Source of the DNA: Lentisphaerota bacterium
Lineage (GTDB): Bacteria; Verrucomicrobiota; Kiritimatiellia; CAIQIC01; Lenti-01
Length of the DNA stretch: 54,092 nucleotides
Direction of reading: 5' to 3'
Assembly (NCBI GenBank): GCA_012511885.1
Contig: JAAZFE010000045.1
Span: 1-54,092, forward strand
Shown here: positions 33,435 to 42,147 of the stretch, one piece after another
Numbering within the stretch: position 1 is the first letter of the stretch
Layout: every line of letters starts with the position of its first letter
Notes under the pieces: model-generated
What the model was told of the DNA's origin: nothing
What the model saw: only the letters and a program-made list of their open reading frames with translations
Database searches by the model: none
Made by a program: the position numbers and the translations under genes

Positions 33435-33576
33435 GGATATCCTTTCAATCAGAGGTGAGGCGCACTTATACCACACCCGCCCGCATGGGGAAACCTTTTC
33501 GACACGTCCGCCTCCTCCCTCTCTCCCCGACCTCGCAGACGGGGCATTTCGCGCCCCGCTCTTTTGAAATAGGGTA

Positions 33577-33606
33577 TTGACGCGACGGGGTGGACAGGAG
33601 TAGGTT
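33577..33606 (+). promoter_or_regulatory. Candidate sigma70-type promoter of the nusA operon
   Basis: TTGACG (33577-33582), an 18-nt spacer, then TAGGTT (33601-33606). It lies upstream of the leader hairpin and nusA. Confidence 0.3.
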
Positions 33607-33639
33607 GTCCATCGTCCGTACAACTCTGTCTGTGTTGCA

Positions 33640-33664
33640 AGAGTGGGTGATCCCCACTCTTTTG
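33640..33664 (+). terminator. Leader terminator/attenuator-like hairpin upstream of nusA
   Basis: AGAGTGGG-tgatc-CCCACTCT followed by TTTTG, located 55 nt upstream of the nusA ATG. Confidence 0.55.
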
Positions 33665-33718
33665 CGTATCAGCCGGAAAGGATGTGGCTTTTCCCCCGGT
33701 GGGGAGGAGGTTTGAAAG

Positions 33719-34993
33719 ATGAACAACGAATTGCTGGCCGTATTTGAATACATGGAGCGGGAACGCAAGCTGGACCGTGAAACTTTGGCCCAGCTCGTGG
33801 AGTCCGCGCTGCAGGTTGCCGGGCGTAAAAGCATCGGCCGCGTGCGGGATTTGCGTGTCGAACTCAATCGCAAAACCCTCAACATCCGCGCGTTTGCCAC
33901 CTTGGAAGTCGTGGACTTCGTCCGCAACCGCCAGGAAGAGATCTCGCTCACCGAAGCCCAGATCAAATATCCCGGCAAAAATTACCAAATCGGCGACTTG
34001 ATCGAAATCGAGGTCACCCCGCGCAATTTCGGGCGCATCGCGGCCCAAACCGCCAAACAGGCCATCATCCAAAAACTGCGCATGGCCGAAAAAGACAAGG
34101 TCTATTCGATCTACAAGAACCATATCGGAGATATTGTCACCGGCACGGTGCGTCGCTTCGAACGCAGCGATGTCGTGGTGGATCTGGGCGATGCCGAAGG
34201 CGTTATGCCCGCCCGCGAACGCGTCCCCAACGAGGACTATCAAATGGGCGACCGCATCCGCTTTCTCCTGCTCAGCCTCGAAAGCCCCACCCAGGACACC
34301 CAACTGATCCTGACCCGCTCCAATCCCGAATTCATTCGCAAGTTTTTTGAACTCGAGGTGTCCGAGATCGCCGACCGCACCGTCGAAATCAAGGGCATCG
34401 CCCGCGAAGCCGGCTATCGCACCAAGATCGCCGTGCACTCCAACGACGACAAAGTGGATCCCGTCGGCGCTTGCGTGGGCCTGCGCGGCCAGCGCGTCAA
34501 AAATATCGTGCGCGAGCTCTCCGGCGAAAAAATTGACATCGTCAAATGGAGCCCCGACATCAAAACGTTCGTGACCAACGCGCTGGCTCCGGCCAAGCCC
34601 GTGCGCCTCGAAGTGGATGAGCTCGACAACACCGTCAAGGTCATCGTCGAGGCCGACCAGCTCTCGCTGGCCATCGGCAAAAAAGGCCAAAACGCCCGGC
34701 TGACCGCCAAATTGACCGGGTGGAAAATTGATATTCAGAAGGATGAGGCCGACATCACCTTCGAAGAACGCATCGCCTTGGCCACCGCCAAACTGGCCGC
34801 GGTGGAAGATATCGGCCAGGAACTTGCCGCCAGCCTGGTGGCTTCCGGCTTCCTCTCCCTCGAGGGAATTCTGGCCGCGGACCTGGTCGATCTGGTGGAT
34901 GTGGAAGGATTCGACGCTGAAATCGCGGAGCAAGTGCGCGCCGCGGCCGAAGCCGCCTTCGAAGAACAAAATGGAAAGGCGACCGAGGAATGA
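33719..34993 (+). CDS. nusA: Transcription termination/antitermination factor NusA
   Basis: MNNELLAVFEYMERERKLDRE..., S1 domain GDIVTGTVRRFE, KH domains (ACVGLRGQRVKNIVREL; LAIGKKGQNARL). GGAGGAGG Shine-Dalgarno sequence. Confidence 0.97.
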   Translation: MNNELLAVFEYMERERKLDRETLAQLVESALQVAGRKSIGRVRDLRVELNRKTLNIRAFATLEVVDFVRNRQEEISLTEAQIKYPGKNYQIGDLIEIEVTPRNFGRIAAQTAKQAIIQKLRMAEKDKVYSIYKNHIGDIVTGTVRRFERSDVVVDLGDAEGVMPARERVPNEDYQMGDRIRFLLLSLESPTQDTQLILTRSNPEFIRKFFELEVSEIADRTVEIKGIAREAGYRTKIAVHSNDDKVDPVGACVGLRGQRVKNIVRELSGEKIDIVKWSPDIKTFVTNALAPAKPVRLEVDELDNTVKVIVEADQLSLAIGKKGQNARLTAKLTGWKIDIQKDEADITFEERIALATAKLAAVEDIGQELAASLVASGFLSLEGILAADLVDLVDVEGFDAEIAEQVRAAAEAAFEEQNGKATEE

Positions 34994-37110
34994 GAATTTG
35001 TGACTTAGCCAAAGAATTAATGACTACCGGCAAGGAGCTGCTCGCGCTCCTGCAGGCGCGCGGCTGCACCGCGCGCAGCACCCAGGCCAACCTCACGCCG
35101 GAACTCGAGCAGTACCTGCGTGACGAAATCCAACGGATTTACTACGGCGACGCAAGCGCCGACGAGCAACCGGTCGGGACTGAGCCCGTCGCAACCGAGG
35201 AACCGGAAGTTCCGCCAGCGGAAACCGACGCTGCGGACGAACCCCAAGCCACGCCCGCCGAGTCATCCGCCCCTGCTGAACCGGAGGCTGATTCTGTATC
35301 GGCCGATGAACCCCCTTCGGCAGACGAGGGCCCGCGCACGCTGGCCATTAAGGGTCATGTGGTGGTCAAGGATTTCGCCGACATGCTCGACGTTAAACCC
35401 AATATCCTGATCACCGCGCTGATGGGACTCAACGTGTTTGCGTCCATCAACATGAAAATCGAATTCAAGGTGGCCCAAAAAGTGGCCGAAAAGTTTGGCG
35501 TGTCCTTGGAACATGAGAAGAAGGCCCCGCCGCCGCAACCCAAGCCCCAACCCAAACCGGACACCTCTGCGCCGGACTCCAAGGATGACCTGCAAGTCCG
35601 GCCGCCGGTGGTGACCTTCATGGGGCATGTGGACCATGGCAAAACCTCGCTCCTGGACTATATCCGCAAGGCCCACGTGGCGGCCGGTGAATCCGGCGGC
35701 ATCACCCAATCCATTGGCGCCTACCAGGTGGATTATGATGGCCGAACCATCACGTTTCTGGACACTCCCGGCCATGAAGCCTTCACCGCCATGCGCGCGC
35801 GCGGCGCCAATCTGACGGATATCGCCATCATCGTGATCGCGGCCGATGACGGCATCATGCCGCAGACCAAGGAAGCCATCCAACACGCCCAGGCCGCCAA
35901 GGTCGCCATGGTCATCGCGATCAACAAGTGCGACGTGCGCTCCGCCAACCCCGATCGGGTCAAACGCCAGCTCCAGCAAATGGAGCTCACCCCCGAGGAA
36001 TGGGGCGGCGATCTGCTCACCTGCCAGGTGAGCGCCACCACGGGCGATGGCATCAACCAGTTGCTGGAACTCATCCTGCTCCAGGCCGAAATGCTCGAGC
36101 TCAAGGCCAATCCCCGCCGCAAAGCCAGCGGTTTTGTCATCGAGTCCCAACTCGAGGCCGGCCGCGGCCCCACCGCCAACATTCTGGTGGCCAACGGCAC
36201 GTTGCAGCTCAACGACGCCATCGTCTCCGAATGCTCCTGGGGACGAGTCAAAGCCATGATCAATGACCAGGGCGCAAGCGTCCGTACGGCCGGGCCTTCG
36301 GCAACGGTCAAAGTTCTCGGCCTGACCAGCGTCCCCGATCCCGGCTCCGAGTTCCACGTCTATAAAAACGACCGCGAGGCCCGCCAGGTGGCGGATGAAC
36401 GCGCCGCCGCCAAGCGCCTCAAGGAACTCCAGGGCGAAGCCAGCGACCGGACCATGACCATCGAAGAACTGCTCCAAGAAACATCTGGCAGCGACAAACG
36501 CACCCTGAAGGTTATTCTCAAAACCGATGTGCTCGGTTCGCTCGAAGCCATCCAAAACTCCCTCGAAGCCATTCAAAGCGACAAGGTCGGCCTGGAAATC
36601 ATTTCCTCCGCTGTCGGCAACATCACCTCAAATGATGTCGCCCTGGCATCCGCCTCCAAAGCCTTGATCCTCGGTTTCCATGTCGGCAAGGAGGGCGGCG
36701 CCAATGCGGACGCCAAGCGCGAAGGTGTCGAAATCCGCCTCCATTCCGTCATCTTCGAGATGATCGATGACGTCAAGAATCTGATGACCGGCCTCCTCGA
36801 CCCCATCGTCAAGCAGCACATCAATGGCCAGGCCGCAATCCGGCAGATTTTCGACATGGGCAAGCGCGGCAAGGTGGCCGGCTGCATGTGCCTCAAGGGG
36901 CGCATCACCCTCAAGGGCCATGCCCGCCTCAAGCGCAACGACGACATCATCTATGAAGGCAAGATCGCTTCTCTGCGCCGCTTCCAAAACGAGGTGTCCG
37001 AAGTCCGTGAAGGCCAGGAATGCGGGATTGTTCTCGACCGCTTCACCCAAATCGAAGAAGGCGACATCATCGAGTCCTACGAGATCGAAAAAGTTGCCCA
37101 AACCCTGTAG
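34990..37110 (+). CDS. infB: Translation initiation factor IF-2
   Basis: N-terminal MRICDLAKEL; G domain VVTFMGHVDHGKTSLLD, DTPGHEAF, NKCD. The ATG overlaps the nusA TGA (ATGA). Confidence 0.97.
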   Translation: MRICDLAKELMTTGKELLALLQARGCTARSTQANLTPELEQYLRDEIQRIYYGDASADEQPVGTEPVATEEPEVPPAETDAADEPQATPAESSAPAEPEADSVSADEPPSADEGPRTLAIKGHVVVKDFADMLDVKPNILITALMGLNVFASINMKIEFKVAQKVAEKFGVSLEHEKKAPPPQPKPQPKPDTSAPDSKDDLQVRPPVVTFMGHVDHGKTSLLDYIRKAHVAAGESGGITQSIGAYQVDYDGRTITFLDTPGHEAFTAMRARGANLTDIAIIVIAADDGIMPQTKEAIQHAQAAKVAMVIAINKCDVRSANPDRVKRQLQQMELTPEEWGGDLLTCQVSATTGDGINQLLELILLQAEMLELKANPRRKASGFVIESQLEAGRGPTANILVANGTLQLNDAIVSECSWGRVKAMINDQGASVRTAGPSATVKVLGLTSVPDPGSEFHVYKNDREARQVADERAAAKRLKELQGEASDRTMTIEELLQETSGSDKRTLKVILKTDVLGSLEAIQNSLEAIQSDKVGLEIISSAVGNITSNDVALASASKALILGFHVGKEGGANADAKREGVEIRLHSVIFEMIDDVKNLMTGLLDPIVKQHINGQAAIRQIFDMGKRGKVAGCMCLKGRITLKGHARLKRNDDIIYEGKIASLRRFQNEVSEVREGQECGIVLDRFTQIEEGDIIESYEIEKVAQTL

Positions 37111-37140
37111 GAAGCTCCCTGTCGGAGCTGGAGGCCGGCC

Positions 37141-37551
37141 ATGAAAACCGACCGCATCACACGCGTCAACGAGCTGATCCGCCGCGAACTGGGCACCCAG
37201 CTCTATCGCGTCATCAATCAACCGGATTTCGATTCGGCGGCCGTCACCTTTACGCAGGCCAAGACGTCCGCCGACCTGCGTTCATGCCGCGTGCTGGTCT
37301 CTATCCGCGCCGAACCGGACCGGCAGGAACACATGCTGGGGGTTCTGCGCAGACATCGCGCCGAGTTCCAGCAAGCTGTCAGCCGCCACGTCGTTCTCCG
37401 CTATACCCCCCACCTGCACTTCGTGCTCGATCACTCCGTCGCGGAGGGCGACCACGTCCTGCAACTGCTCAACCGGCTCGAGGCCGAAGGCGACTTCAAT
37501 TCCGACCTTTCCGACGGCCATGACGGCGACAACGAATCCTCTTCGCCGTAG
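37141..37551 (+). CDS. rbfA: Ribosome-binding factor A
   Basis: RITRVNELIRRELGTQL...VTFTQAKTSADLRSCRVLVS...LRYTPHLHFVLD. Confidence 0.93.
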   Translation: MKTDRITRVNELIRRELGTQLYRVINQPDFDSAAVTFTQAKTSADLRSCRVLVSIRAEPDRQEHMLGVLRRHRAEFQQAVSRHVVLRYTPHLHFVLDHSVAEGDHVLQLLNRLEAEGDFNSDLSDGHDGDNESSSP

Positions 37552-37557
37552 TTAACG

Positions 37558-38286
37558 ATGGCCAGCCAGCCTTCATCTCTTCTGGGCCCCCTCGATGGCC
37601 TCCTGCTCGTGGACAAGCCCTCCGGCCCCACCTCGCATGACATTGTGGCCCGCATCCGCCGCCAGTTTCGCATCCCCAAGGTCGGCCACGGCGGCACCCT
37701 GGACCCCATGGCTACGGGACTGCTCATCATTCTTCTGGGCCGGGGCACCAAAGTATCCGAGCGCATCATGGGTTTGGACAAAACTTACGAAGGCGTTTTC
37801 CGCCTCGGCATCGAAACCGGCTCGCAGGACGCCGAAGGCGAGGTCATCGCGGAGTGCGATCCCTCCGCCGTCACCCGCGACCAGGTTGCGGCCCAAATGA
37901 GCGCGCGCCTGGGCGACCAGATGCAGACTCCGCCCATGGTTTCCGCGGTCAAAGTGAATGGCGTTCCCCTCTACAAACTCGCCCGTAAAGGCCAAACCGT
38001 CACGCGCAACCCCAAGCTCATTCATGTGTACCGGTTTGACCTGCTGGATTTCACCTCGCCCGATGTGCGTTTTGTGCTCGAATGCACCAAAGGCACCTAT
38101 GTGCGCACATTGGCCCATGATATCGGCCAGGCTCTCGAAGTGGGCGCTCACCTCACTCAACTGCGCCGCACCCACATTGGCCGCTTCAGCGTGGCCGATG
38201 CCATCCCCTTCGATGCTTTGCTCGAGCGCGAGAGCTTGGAAGACCACGTGTTGCCGTTGGCTTCCGCCCTGTCGCTGCTTGTCTGA
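37558..38286 (+). CDS. truB: tRNA pseudouridine-55 synthase
   Basis: DGLLLVDKPSGPTSHDIVARIRR....KVGHGGTLDPMATGLLIILLG, with the catalytic Asp motif. Confidence 0.95.
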   Translation: MASQPSSLLGPLDGLLLVDKPSGPTSHDIVARIRRQFRIPKVGHGGTLDPMATGLLIILLGRGTKVSERIMGLDKTYEGVFRLGIETGSQDAEGEVIAECDPSAVTRDQVAAQMSARLGDQMQTPPMVSAVKVNGVPLYKLARKGQTVTRNPKLIHVYRFDLLDFTSPDVRFVLECTKGTYVRTLAHDIGQALEVGAHLTQLRRTHIGRFSVADAIPFDALLERESLEDHVLPLASALSLLV

Positions 38287-38335
38287 GCAAAGCGGCAAAC
38301 CGTCTTGACTGTGCCCCCCCCCGCGCGTTTTGGGC

Positions 38336-40588
38336 TTATGGCGCGGGTGGCTTTTCCACCAAACGAACGCTCAGGCCGACCACGCGGAAATGATTGGGCC
38401 AGTCCGGCGGAACATTCAATGTCAGGTCAACAACCGCCGCCTCTTCGCCGCTTGAAAACAACAGGGGGATCTCCTGCCAAAAGCGTTGCCGCTCGATGGA
38501 ATTCGTCAAGACCAGGTCATCGGCCCCGCTCTGCTGATACCTGAATTCCACAAGCTGTTTCCGGGGATGCCGCGGTTCCAACAAAATCGCCAGGGAAGGC
38601 GTCTTGGTAGTCAGGCCCCTTGGCGCGGGCAGACGAAATCGGGCCGCGTCAAAAAAGGTGGCCGCCCACTTCTCACCGGGAGCGATGCCGGTCGGACGCT
38701 CCAACCACTTCAAAATGGAGGGACGCCGCCCCACTTCCAACACAAAATATGATGCCGCCTGCGGCGAGTCGGGCCGGACCACCAGCCGGGCGGGCAGCAG
38801 ACTCGAAGATTCCACCCGCACCCGCCCCCCCTGTTGCACCCGCCCTCCGTCCACCGCAAAGGGAATCAAGCCATTCCCCGCGCCAACCGGATATTCCGCA
38901 ACCGCTGCGCCCCCCTCATCCACGATCTTCACAATCCGCCCGGCCATCTCATCCGACTCCTGAAAGTCCAGCCACAGCAAGCCGCGGATAATATCCGCGG
39001 GAGCGAAGGCCTCTTCAACCTGCTTTCGGCTCCAAGGTTGCACCCGGCACCAGCGGTACTCCCCTGTCCCCAGACCAATCAGAGCGGGAGCTCCATTCTC
39101 ATGAACGAGTTCCTCCACGTCCGCGTATCTCATGATGCCCAGTTCCAGAGTGACGGGCGCCGCGACCAGTTTGGCGCGGATCACCGCGTCTTCATTCGCC
39201 GGCTTTAAAAACAGGCATGACTGCGGCGGCTCCCCGAGCCTTGGCGCCGACAACGAAGTCCGGGGCTCGATGCCAAAATAAACCAGCAAAACCTCATTGA
39301 GCAACCGGCTCCGCGCGTCGGTCAGCACTTTTTCTCCCGATTCCAGCCGGCGATGCAACTCCGTGCGAAAGATCTTCAATTGAGCGGGCGACACCGCCCC
39401 CGGCGGCAGGCGATGAATCTTTACGCCGCAATACCCCAGCAGAAGCAGTGCCACCACCGGCACCACCAACTCCTCCAGCCGGCGATGCACCCTCCCCGCC
39501 AACCAGCCCGCCGCCAGCACGATCCGCCACAGCCCCAGCCCCGCCAATGGCAGAAAAAACAATCCGATCGATAGCGCGTAGCGCGGGTAGAACGCAAAGG
39601 TGGCATACAGGGCCACCACACTCAGCACGGACACAACCAGCATCAAAGCCGCCGGCCGGTTCCTCCGCGCCAGCCAGAGCAGCCCAACCGCACTGCACAA
39701 GCTGCCCCAAAAACCCAGCCAATGGATCAGCCACCGGAAATAGGTGGAGAGCAGCCCCCACCAAGCATCCAGGGTCTGCCCGGCGGTCATGCTCTGCCAG
39801 CCGGAAAATTGCCGGCTCGCCAAAATGCCCGTCCCCGCAAAAACCATCCCCAGTGCCAGCAGCGCCACCAGCAAAGGGCTCAGCAGAACCAGGACATCTC
39901 CCCCCCGGCTCCGCAAGGACCGGCCCGGTTGAAACACCACAAAGACCACCGCGCCGGAGAGGGCCAGGATGGCCGGCTCGCGCACTGCCGCGGCCAGCAC
40001 ATAACTGCAACCCGCCCACAGCAACAGGACGTAGTGCCCGCGCCCGGTGCCGGGATAAGCCCAAATCGTCGCGCATATGCCCGAAACCAGGAACAAAAAT
40101 GAAAACGTCTCCCGAAAAGGATACAAAATAAAATTCACATTTTCCGAAAACCCGAAGAGCAGCGCCGCGCTCGATGCCAGGAGAGTCAGCAGACCGCCGC
40201 GATAGTCGCCGGATATGCGCCAACTCCAGGCGGACAGCCCCACCAGGACCCCCCACGCGTAGAACGGACCAAGAAAATAGGTCCATTCGGCCCCGCACCA
40301 GCGAATCACCAGCGCCAGCGCCATAGGATGCAGGGGCGCCCACTGCAAGGCGGCCTGCAGACGGGCTGTCCAGGTGGTTGCCGCCAAAAAATCGAGCGCA
40401 GCCTCATAATAATGCAGGATGTCCGCGATGCCCGTCGCCACCGTATGCCGGCGGCTGTAAGCCCCCCATACAATCACTCCCGCCAGCGCGACCAGCAGTC
40501 CGATTTGACCCACCAGCGATGTCCCCCATCCCCAACGCCATGTCCCCCGCTGCGCCGAACCATCCCGGCTATTCTGCCTGGCCGCCAT
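38336..40588 (-). CDS. Large polytopic membrane protein (750 aa) with ~330-aa C-terminal extracytoplasmic domain; GT-C-like by inference
   Basis: About 12 hydrophobic segments. Shares YPFRETFSF...AAVREPAILA blocks with the 29965..32379 protein. Last gene of a GT2-DUF2304 operon. Confidence 0.8.
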   Translation of the reverse strand: MAARQNSRDGSAQRGTWRWGWGTSLVGQIGLLVALAGVIVWGAYSRRHTVATGIADILHYYEAALDFLAATTWTARLQAALQWAPLHPMALALVIRWCGAEWTYFLGPFYAWGVLVGLSAWSWRISGDYRGGLLTLLASSAALLFGFSENVNFILYPFRETFSFLFLVSGICATIWAYPGTGRGHYVLLLWAGCSYVLAAAVREPAILALSGAVVFVVFQPGRSLRSRGGDVLVLLSPLLVALLALGMVFAGTGILASRQFSGWQSMTAGQTLDAWWGLLSTYFRWLIHWLGFWGSLCSAVGLLWLARRNRPAALMLVVSVLSVVALYATFAFYPRYALSIGLFFLPLAGLGLWRIVLAAGWLAGRVHRRLEELVVPVVALLLLGYCGVKIHRLPPGAVSPAQLKIFRTELHRRLESGEKVLTDARSRLLNEVLLVYFGIEPRTSLSAPRLGEPPQSCLFLKPANEDAVIRAKLVAAPVTLELGIMRYADVEELVHENGAPALIGLGTGEYRWCRVQPWSRKQVEEAFAPADIIRGLLWLDFQESDEMAGRIVKIVDEGGAAVAEYPVGAGNGLIPFAVDGGRVQQGGRVRVESSSLLPARLVVRPDSPQAASYFVLEVGRRPSILKWLERPTGIAPGEKWAATFFDAARFRLPAPRGLTTKTPSLAILLEPRHPRKQLVEFRYQQSGADDLVLTNSIERQRFWQEIPLLFSSGEEAAVVDLTLNVPPDWPNHFRVVGLSVRLVEKPPAP

Positions 40589-41129
40589 CCTTGTCCTTTG
40601 AGCGTTTCTGTTCCACGCGCCGCAGACGTTCCTCGGTCAAGGCCAGTTCCCGGGCTACTTGGGCCAGTTTGCCTTGAGTCAAACTCAGCGCGACCGAGAA
40701 ATGAAAGAGCATGAGCAGAATGAAGACAAAAATAACCACCAGCACGGCCATCCCGTAACTGATGCCCGTCAGCGATTCAAGCGCGGTTGCCAAATCCGGG
40801 AACAAACAACCGGCCAGCAAGAGCACCCCCGTCACCAGCCACAAAAACGCGTACTGTTCCTGCATGCGGGAGATGCGGATGGCCTCCAGAGTCACCGTCA
40901 GCACAATAAAACTCAGCAGCGCCACAATCAGCCGGATGCGCAACTCGACGGAGTCCGGACCGAATACTTCGATAATCGTCGGCCGGAAACCGGCATACAC
41001 CATCGTCACGCCAATCGCCGCCCAAAACAGCGCCTTGAATCGCTGAGTTTTATGGCGGAAAAAAGATCTGACGCTGAAGGCCAAAATCAGGGCGCCCACA
41101 AAAGCGGAAACCATTTGGGGTGTGGTCAT
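40569..41129 (-). CDS. DUF2304-family small membrane protein
   Basis: Four hydrophobic helices plus a C-terminal amphipathic coiled tail (LAQVARELALTEERLRRVEQ). The ATG overlaps the GT2 stop (ATGA at 41126-41129). Confidence 0.8.
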   Translation of the reverse strand: MTTPQMVSAFVGALILAFSVRSFFRHKTQRFKALFWAAIGVTMVYAGFRPTIIEVFGPDSVELRIRLIVALLSFIVLTVTLEAIRISRMQEQYAFLWLVTGVLLLAGCLFPDLATALESLTGISYGMAVLVVIFVFILLMLFHFSVALSLTQGKLAQVARELALTEERLRRVEQKRSKDKDGGQAE

Positions 41130-41872
41130 GTCCCGGTCTCCACGCGGCGGCGCTCAAAACGCCGGTCCACAGCCCGGCAGCGATCCACGAACAGGGCCAC
41201 GCAAACCCGGAGCATATAGTACAGGGTTCCCCAGCGACGGATGGACGACTTGCCGGCCTGACGCTCGCGAAACACTGCCGGCACTTCCACAAAGCGGTAG
41301 CCCTGCCGGCTCAGCAAAGCCAGGGTCTCCGGCTCCGGATATTCAGCCGGATACCGGTGCGCGAAGTAAGTCATGGTCGGGCGGTTCACCATCTGAAAGC
41401 CTGATGTCGGATCCGTGATTTGTTGGCGGCACGCGTAACTCAAAAACGTGGCCAGACCCGCGATGCCAACCTGCCGCGCGGCTGAACTGGTATAGCCCCC
41501 TTTGCCCAAAAAGCGCGATCCCACCACCAGGTCCGCATCACCTTGTGCCATCCGTTCAACCAGAGCATAACCCTCGGACGGCGGATGCTGCCCGTCGCCA
41601 TCCAGCCGGATGGCGTAATCATATCCCTGCTCCAAGGCATAACGGAACCCCGCCTGCATCGCCCCCCCCACCCCCAACCGGCAGGGCAAATTCAAATAAG
41701 CGCACCCCGCGCCTTCAAGAACCTGAGCGGTGCCATCTCCGGAACAATCGTTGATCACGCAAACCGGCACGCCCGGCAGATGCTCGGCCACCTCCTTCAA
41801 CAGCGGGCCGATGCTGGCCTCCTCGTTGTAGGCCGGAATCAAAACAATGGTATTGGGGAGCATGGCCGCCAT
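41126..41872 (-). CDS. Family 2 glycosyltransferase (soluble Dpm1-like catalytic domain)
   Basis: IVLIPAYNEEASIGPLL...VINDCSGDGT...IRLDGDGQHPP. Confidence 0.9.
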   Translation of the reverse strand: MAAMLPNTIVLIPAYNEEASIGPLLKEVAEHLPGVPVCVINDCSGDGTAQVLEGAGCAYLNLPCRLGVGGAMQAGFRYALEQGYDYAIRLDGDGQHPPSEGYALVERMAQGDADLVVGSRFLGKGGYTSSAARQVGIAGLATFLSYACRQQITDPTSGFQMVNRPTMTYFAHRYPAEYPEPETLALLSRQGYRFVEVPAVFRERQAGKSSIRRWGTLYYMLRVCVALFVDRCRAVDRRFERRRVETGT

Positions 41873-42147
41873 CGGAATATGCCATGAGACTGCAACAACA
41901 CCCCTAACGAGTCAAGCATTGGGGGAAGTAGGGCATGGAATCTGAGACACAAAAATTGAATGTTGTGCATGAGCATAAATAGTTGGCTTCCTTGGGTTGT
42001 AAGGATTGGAGGGGCCCCTAAATCTTTATCCTCTCCACCTCGTTTCCCAAAGCGCACTTCTCACGCTGTACAGGAGAGATTCGAACAGGCCAACTCCTAC
42101 CACTCTATTCTATCGCATCGGCAATCAGTTCCCCTTGCCGCTATCCT

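Noticed and set aside
38320-38347. Possible bidirectional terminator CCCGCGC-n14-GCGCGGG between convergent truB and the 750-aa membrane gene
   Set aside because: The 14-nt loop is long, no clean U-tract follows on either strand, and the 3' arm lies inside the minus-strand coding region. The evidence is too weak to call.
42051-42130. tRNA-like fragment on the minus strand (GAGATTCGAACAGG resembles the complement of a T-arm GTTCGAATC; a nearby AGTGGTA resembles a D-loop)
   Set aside because: I could not build complementary T-stem, anticodon-arm or acceptor-stem pairings by hand. At best it is a degraded tRNA remnant at the edge of the A/T-richer block, and it is not supportable as a gene.
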